Below the pieces are notes generated by a model. It ran no database searches. It was not told the DNA's origin and saw only the letters and a list, made by a program, of their open reading frames with translations. From an uncultured Candidatus Saccharibacteria bacterium (GTDB taxonomy: Bacteria > Patescibacteriota > WWE3 > CAZQFB01), in assembly GCA_964592525.1 (NCBI GenBank), contig CAZQFB010000001.1, positions 65,419-129,418 on the forward strand: a DNA stretch of 64,000 nt. The letters are read 5' to 3'. Shown in pieces: positions 59,137-64,000 of the stretch. The stretch's first letter is position 1. Each line of letters starts with the position of its first letter. A program made the position numbers and the translations under genes.

Positions 59137-59283
59137 GAAATTTTATTTTCCCACTATTATTAATAGTTTGATTAATAAATGAACAATCCTTACCTGCACT
59201 TTTTTATGCCGTGTGTCTAATTTTGGGGTGGCTTATTTTTTCAGCTTGTTTAAATAAGACTTGTTGTGTGACATAATCTTACT

Positions 59284-59955
59284 GTGATAGCACTAACCGA
59301 TCTTCTCTCTAAATCTTGGCATCTTTATAAAAGAAAATTTAAGGTGCTTATGGCGATTGTTCTTATTATGTGGGGTGCCTCTGTTGTTAGTGCGGTTCTA
59401 ATCTCTATTTTAGTTAGTCCGGAAAACGCTTTACTATCCTTGCTGGTAATGATAATCAGTTTAGTGCCTTTTGTAGTTCAAATCTGGGCTTCATTGGCTA
59501 TGCTTTATGTTTTGAGGGATGATAAGCTGGCTGCTCTAGAGTCTTATCGGGTAAGCAAGGAAAAGTTAGCTTCTTTCGCGTGGCTGATGATTTTAACGGG
59601 TTGTATCATAATTCTTGGTTTTATGCTTTTGATTATTCCTGGTTTTCTCTTTATCGTTTGGTTCTCCTTTGCGGGCTTTATTTTTCTTGATGAGGGTTTG
59701 CTTGGTCTGGAAGCTCTGAAAAGAAGTAAGCAATGTGTGAGCGGTAAAGAGGTAGCGGTGGCTGTTCGTTTGGGTTTTTTAATACTGGCAATGGTGCTCA
59801 TCAGCCTTTTAGCCTCAAAACTTGTCAAAGGTCTGGAAAATACCGCTGGTTCCGATCTCACCTATTTAAAGGACATCCTCTTATTTGGCTTAGTCACGCC
59901 ATTTTCAACCGTCTATTCTTACCTATTATATAAAAACGTAAAGTCTTTAAAATAA
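59284..59955 (+). CDS. Hypothetical polytopic membrane protein
   Basis: 5-6 hydrophobic segments; LLIIPG..F..EALKRSK..VSG pattern. Confidence 0.75.
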   Translation: MIALTDLLSKSWHLYKRKFKVLMAIVLIMWGASVVSAVLISILVSPENALLSLLVMIISLVPFVVQIWASLAMLYVLRDDKLAALESYRVSKEKLASFAWLMILTGCIIILGFMLLIIPGFLFIVWFSFAGFIFLDEGLLGLEALKRSKQCVSGKEVAVAVRLGFLILAMVLISLLASKLVKGLENTAGSDLTYLKDILLFGLVTPFSTVYSYLLYKNVKSLK

Positions 59956-60107
59956 ACTTACGCTTTTCCCCCATTCCTCAATTTTGAGTCTTACCAATAA
60001 ATTATCAATAATAATCTAGGTTTGAAGTAAGGGGGTTATAAGAGCGGAGCGGAATCGTTGCCTCTGGTTATTTTTATCTGTAGTATAAGCCTATTAAGCT
60101 TTTGTTC

Positions 60108-61475
60108 ATGACCAAAACTTATATTTCCGAACTAATCAATAAAAAAAGTGATATGGTTAACCTTCTTGGCTGGGTGGAAAATCGTCGGGATTTAGGTAAA
60201 AAGATTTTTATTGATCTTCGTGATAGTACCGGTTTGGTGCAAGTGGTCTGTGACGACTCGGCTGGAGATATCCGCAACGAATATATCATAGGGGTTAAGG
60301 GTAGAGTTCAGCAGCGCCAGGTACGGGAGGGTGATAGTGAGGTCTTACCAGTTGAGGTCGTGGCAGATGAGTTGGTGATTGTAGCTAAGTCTCAAACACC
60401 GCCTTTCCCTATTAATACTATTGGTGATGATATTGATGATACGCTGCGCTTGAAGTATCGGTATTTAGATCTACGCCGTAAACGTTTACAAAGAAACATT
60501 AAGTTTAGACATCAATACGTGAGCGCGATTCGTGAATTTCTAAACAGCCGTAAGTTTACGGAGATTGAGACACCGCTTCTCACCAAAACCACTCCCGAAG
60601 GAGCGCGGGATTTTGTGGTCCCTTCTCGTCTTAATACGGGCTATTTTTACGCTTTGCCACAAAGCCCGCAACAGTATAAGCAACTGCTCATGTTGGCTGG
60701 TTTTGAGCGGTATTATCAACTCGCCCGGTGTTTGCGCGATGAAGATTTAAGAGGTGATCGGAGCTTTGAGCACACCCAGATTGATCTGGAAATGTCTTTT
60801 GTCAACAGAGAGAATGTGATGGCTTTGGTGGAGGAAATGGTAGTGCAAGTGGCAGAAAAACTAGGTTATGAATTAAAAGATAAGCCCTTCCCTCGCTTTA
60901 CTTATCAGGAGGTGCTGGCTAAATTTGGTGCTGATAAATTTGATCTGCGTACGGAATCTGAAAAAGAGAAGGGTATGTTGTCTTATGCTTGGGTAATAGA
61001 TTTCCCTTTGTTTGAGAAAAAAGGAGAAGGGTGGACCTTTAGTCATAACCCCTTTTCCAATCCCATACCAGAGCATCGGGATAAGTTGTTGGCTGGGGAA
61101 ATAGAAGGCATTCTCTCGTCACAGTACGACTTAGTGTGTAATGGTTACGAAGTGGGGGGTGGTAGTATTCGCAGTCACGAGCCAAAGGTATTAAAAAGAG
61201 TGTTGGAAGTTATAGGTCATTCGGCAACAGAAATAGAGACGGAGTTTGGTCACATGCTGGAGGCTTTGACTTATGGCGCTCCCCCTCATGGTGGGATTGC
61301 TTTGGGTATAGAACGCTTGGTAACGCTGATGCTACGTGAGGATAACATTAGAGAAGTACAAGCTTTTCCTCTTTCGTATCGAGGAAAAACCGCTGTCATG
61401 GATGCCCCCAGCCCACTTTTACCGGACCAGCTTAAGGAATTGGGTTTGGCAATTGCTCAAGACGAAAAGGTATGA
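60108..61475 (+). CDS. aspS: Aspartate-tRNA ligase (short form, no GAD domain)
   Basis: FIDLRD, RLKYRYLDLR, TPEGARDF, LPQSPQQYKQ, GAPPHGGIALGIER. Confidence 0.95.
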   Translation: MTKTYISELINKKSDMVNLLGWVENRRDLGKKIFIDLRDSTGLVQVVCDDSAGDIRNEYIIGVKGRVQQRQVREGDSEVLPVEVVADELVIVAKSQTPPFPINTIGDDIDDTLRLKYRYLDLRRKRLQRNIKFRHQYVSAIREFLNSRKFTEIETPLLTKTTPEGARDFVVPSRLNTGYFYALPQSPQQYKQLLMLAGFERYYQLARCLRDEDLRGDRSFEHTQIDLEMSFVNRENVMALVEEMVVQVAEKLGYELKDKPFPRFTYQEVLAKFGADKFDLRTESEKEKGMLSYAWVIDFPLFEKKGEGWTFSHNPFSNPIPEHRDKLLAGEIEGILSSQYDLVCNGYEVGGGSIRSHEPKVLKRVLEVIGHSATEIETEFGHMLEALTYGAPPHGGIALGIERLVTLMLREDNIREVQAFPLSYRGKTAVMDAPSPLLPDQLKELGLAIAQDEKV

Positions 61476-62470
61476 AAATCTTTGATCTGGAGTATTACCT
61501 GTTTCGTTTAGTACGCTATAGCCGGTATCGGGTTAGAAAAAGAAAACGACAGCGAGGCTACTTGCTTCCCCCCCAATTGTTGAAAAAGATATTGTGGTTA
61601 GGGGTATTGTTGTTAGCTTCTCTTTTGCTCATTACTTATTTAAGTACGGTGGGGGAACTTCCACCAGAAGTAGTAGTTGAACTTCCGCCTCCCGTAGTGG
61701 CAGAACAGAAAGTGATTAAGCCACGTCGTATTCCTGATGCTGCCGCTGCCCCAGTTGGTACCGCTAAAGCAGTTGCCCTTTATGATACAACTTCTGGTAG
61801 TTGGCTTTTAGAGCGGAACATTGACCAGCTTTTACCGCCCGCTTCTATCACGAAACTGCTTACGGCGATAGTGGCTTTGGAAAACTATCAATTATCCGAT
61901 CCGGTAAGGGTGCCATCTAAATGTGTGGGTCTTGAAGGTAATCAAATTGGTTTGTTGACCGAAGAAGTTTGGACGGTGGAAGAATTAATGTATGGGATGT
62001 TGGTCTCATCAGCTTCCGATGCTACTTGTGCTTTGGCTTCTCATGTGGCGCAGGTCACTGATTATGTGGCGGCCATGAATTTAAGAGCGAGGTCTTTGGG
62101 TTTAAGTAACACCACCTTTATTAACCCCATTGGTCTTGATGATGAGGGGCATTTATCCACTGCTCGGGATATCATCTTGTTAGGTGATTATGTCCTTAAA
62201 GATGAAGCCTTAAGGCGAATTGTGGTTACTGATCAAATAGAAATTAAGGGCAGGTTGCTGGAGAACACTAATGAGTTGTTAGGTCAAGTTAAAGGTTTAA
62301 TTGGGGTTAAAACTGGTTACACCGAAGGTGCTAATGAGTGTTTGTTATTTGCCGTTAACCGTGAGCAACACTTAGTGCTGGGGGTGGTATTGGGAAGCGA
62401 GGATCGGTTTAAAGAAGCGTCAGCTTTAATTGAGTGGGTTTTTGCTACTCATGAATGGGTTATTGAGTAG
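61472..62470 (+). CDS. D-alanyl-D-alanine carboxypeptidase (peptidase S11)
   Basis: TM; PASITK, NPIGLD, STARD, VKTGYT; the SxN motif reads SAS. Confidence 0.88.
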   Translation: MKIFDLEYYLFRLVRYSRYRVRKRKRQRGYLLPPQLLKKILWLGVLLLASLLLITYLSTVGELPPEVVVELPPPVVAEQKVIKPRRIPDAAAAPVGTAKAVALYDTTSGSWLLERNIDQLLPPASITKLLTAIVALENYQLSDPVRVPSKCVGLEGNQIGLLTEEVWTVEELMYGMLVSSASDATCALASHVAQVTDYVAAMNLRARSLGLSNTTFINPIGLDDEGHLSTARDIILLGDYVLKDEALRRIVVTDQIEIKGRLLENTNELLGQVKGLIGVKTGYTEGANECLLFAVNREQHLVLGVVLGSEDRFKEASALIEWVFATHEWVIE

Positions 62471-63674
62471 TGAGACTGCAAGGAGTGCCTAAGGTATCTG
62501 CTTCACCCCAGCAAATGGGGTTAATAGCTGGCACATAGGCATAATAATCAGCGCGCAGGTCTTCGGTGGTGATAGCTTCTCCTTGAAAAACATAGATGGG
62601 TTGGAGATATTTTTTAAAAGAGATACCTGTGTCATAGTAAGAAAGAAAAATACCGGTAATATCTACTTGTTTGACACCTAAAGGAAGATAAGACCCAATG
62701 GACATGTCGCCTTTAATTCTAAGATGAGCGATGTAAGCTTGACCATCTTTTAATTCCTGCCAGGCTTGGTTGATAGATTTAAGGGGGTAGGTTGATTTGC
62801 TCTTTTTGTTATCTAAATTTAATCTTTGTGAACTAAAGTGGATAGTGGGTTTTAGATAATCACTATTAGTGCTGTTGGTCAGGTACATTTCCACGACGCC
62901 TGTATTGGGGTTATCCGTGACAATCCAGTAGTTACCAGGTATCAATCGGCTACTCATTCCAGGATAATCTTTAGTATCAACGGGCAGTTCAATAAAAAAG
63001 TTAACCTGGACCATTTGGGCTTCGGATTGGCGATCAACTTCTTCTACTTGGGTACCTTTAATCTGTATATATTTGGCGTTTAATCTGGCTTCGTTGAGAT
63101 GATAGGATTCGTTTTGGGACGTAATGCTGGCGATGAAATCTTTAGCAGTGGCCATAGCACTGTCTAGATTAGGGGCTGATCCTCGTGGTACGGTAGGAGC
63201 TACTTTAACCAAGTTAGTTTCCAGATGAAAATCATTAGTTAAAATATTCATCTCCAGTGTTCTGTCATCAGCTTCATCACGCCAAATCCAATCAGTAGCA
63301 GACTGTTCAATTCTTGGCTCGGTGAACCCCAAGGAGATGGCAAAATTTACGGCTGCCTTTTCGCTTGACAGCACACTGACACTATCATCTAGCTTATAAA
63401 CAGGTGCTCGATCGGGTACTACGGGAAGTTCGGCTTGGATAGTTTCCAAGCGGTAATTTGGAGTTGAACCTTGTTTGAGGGGTAGTGAGTTTAGTTTTAG
63501 TTTGGGTAATTTACCATAAGCCATTTCAGCTGGAGAGATGGGTGTGGGATTGAGGTTTTGCCAGATATAGTACCCCAGGTTGACAAATATTTTACCGACC
63601 ACAACCATGATCAAAAAAACAGCGGTCAGGTTGATGGCCAGTTTGGTTTTTTTGGCTGCGGTATATAAAGACAT
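62460..63674 (-). CDS. Hypothetical membrane-anchored protein
   Basis: 404-aa ORF, N-terminal TM, YGKLPKL and YLQPIYVFQG..YVPAI segments. Confidence 0.75.
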   Translation of the reverse strand: MSLYTAAKKTKLAINLTAVFLIMVVVGKIFVNLGYYIWQNLNPTPISPAEMAYGKLPKLKLNSLPLKQGSTPNYRLETIQAELPVVPDRAPVYKLDDSVSVLSSEKAAVNFAISLGFTEPRIEQSATDWIWRDEADDRTLEMNILTNDFHLETNLVKVAPTVPRGSAPNLDSAMATAKDFIASITSQNESYHLNEARLNAKYIQIKGTQVEEVDRQSEAQMVQVNFFIELPVDTKDYPGMSSRLIPGNYWIVTDNPNTGVVEMYLTNSTNSDYLKPTIHFSSQRLNLDNKKSKSTYPLKSINQAWQELKDGQAYIAHLRIKGDMSIGSYLPLGVKQVDITGIFLSYYDTGISFKKYLQPIYVFQGEAITTEDLRADYYAYVPAINPICWGEADTLGTPCSLTTQ

Positions 63675-63878
63675 ACTGTTAGTGTAAAGCTAAAAGTGTA
63701 AAGTTGAAAGTTAATGACACCCAACTCACCAAGTGAGTGGTCGCTTGCTATGTTTTGGTACTTTTGTCTTCCGCTTAACATGCTGTCTGTTAGCCTCAAG
63801 ATCAATAAATTGCTCTTCGCGTACTTAAGATAGCTTAATGGTAATGCTTAAAGATCTCTAGATGATAAAATCAAGGGT

Positions 63879-64000
63879 ATGCATCAGATACGCACTCGCT
63901 TTGCGCCTTCTCCCACTGGTTTTGTTCATGTGGGTAGTCTGTATTCAGCCCTTTTTGCCTATGCTTTTGCTAAAAGTCACCAGGGTGCTTTTATTGTTCG
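63879..64000 (+). CDS. gltX: Glutamate-tRNA ligase (3' partial)
   Basis: [26 protein letters not shown] with a HIGH-like HVGS; runs off the window. Confidence 0.9.
   Translation, partial: MHQIRTRFAPSPTGFVHVGSLYSALFAYAFAKSHQGAFIV

Noticed and set aside
1602-61076. Numerous short antisense or alternative-frame ORFs in the track
   Set aside because: They lie inside well-supported genes, mostly as antisense codon shadows, and show no motifs or initiation signals
1-64000. Alternative genetic code 25 (TGA=Gly)
   Set aside because: Conserved genes are full length under code 11 and TGA acts as a normal stop (e.g. 3347, 29262, 44312)

Overview
Gene-dense 64 kb segment of a low-GC, reduced bacterial chromosome (genetic code 11). 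Gene content and streamlined forms (IF2 without its N-terminal extension, AlaRS without C-Ala, AspRS without GAD, short HolA, nusA-infB without rimP/rbfA, FtsA-like + baseplate-J-like pair) point to Patescibacteria/CPR, probably Microgenomates/WWE3-like (inference). Most of it is housekeeping: pcrA, rsmA, gap, rpsT, murJ, lepA, hrcA-grpE-dnaK-dnaJ with a CIRCE operator, thyX, nusA-infB, rpsO-pnp, rnj, ftsK-rodZ, alaS, mltG, secDF, recJ, aspS and the start of gltX. It also carries a monoderm-type envelope kit (FemAB-type ligase, LCP, sortase next to an LPATG surface protein, pilNO). I saw no rRNA, tRNA, CRISPR array, IS or prophage. Best leads: (1) an intact but cofactor-ligand-less aldehyde:ferredoxin oxidoreductase homologue plus ferredoxin, coupled to LCP-holA-sortase; (2) an FtsA-like actin ATPase coupled to a membrane protein with a baseplate-J-like ectodomain; (3) an unannotated 57-aa Cys/His-rich microprotein with a perfect SD; (4) a protease-less Lon AAA+ module with an altered pore loop; (5) a 6S-like structured RNA candidate; (6) pervasive leaderless-type promoter architecture. 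All family calls come from motif recognition by eye, not database searches.
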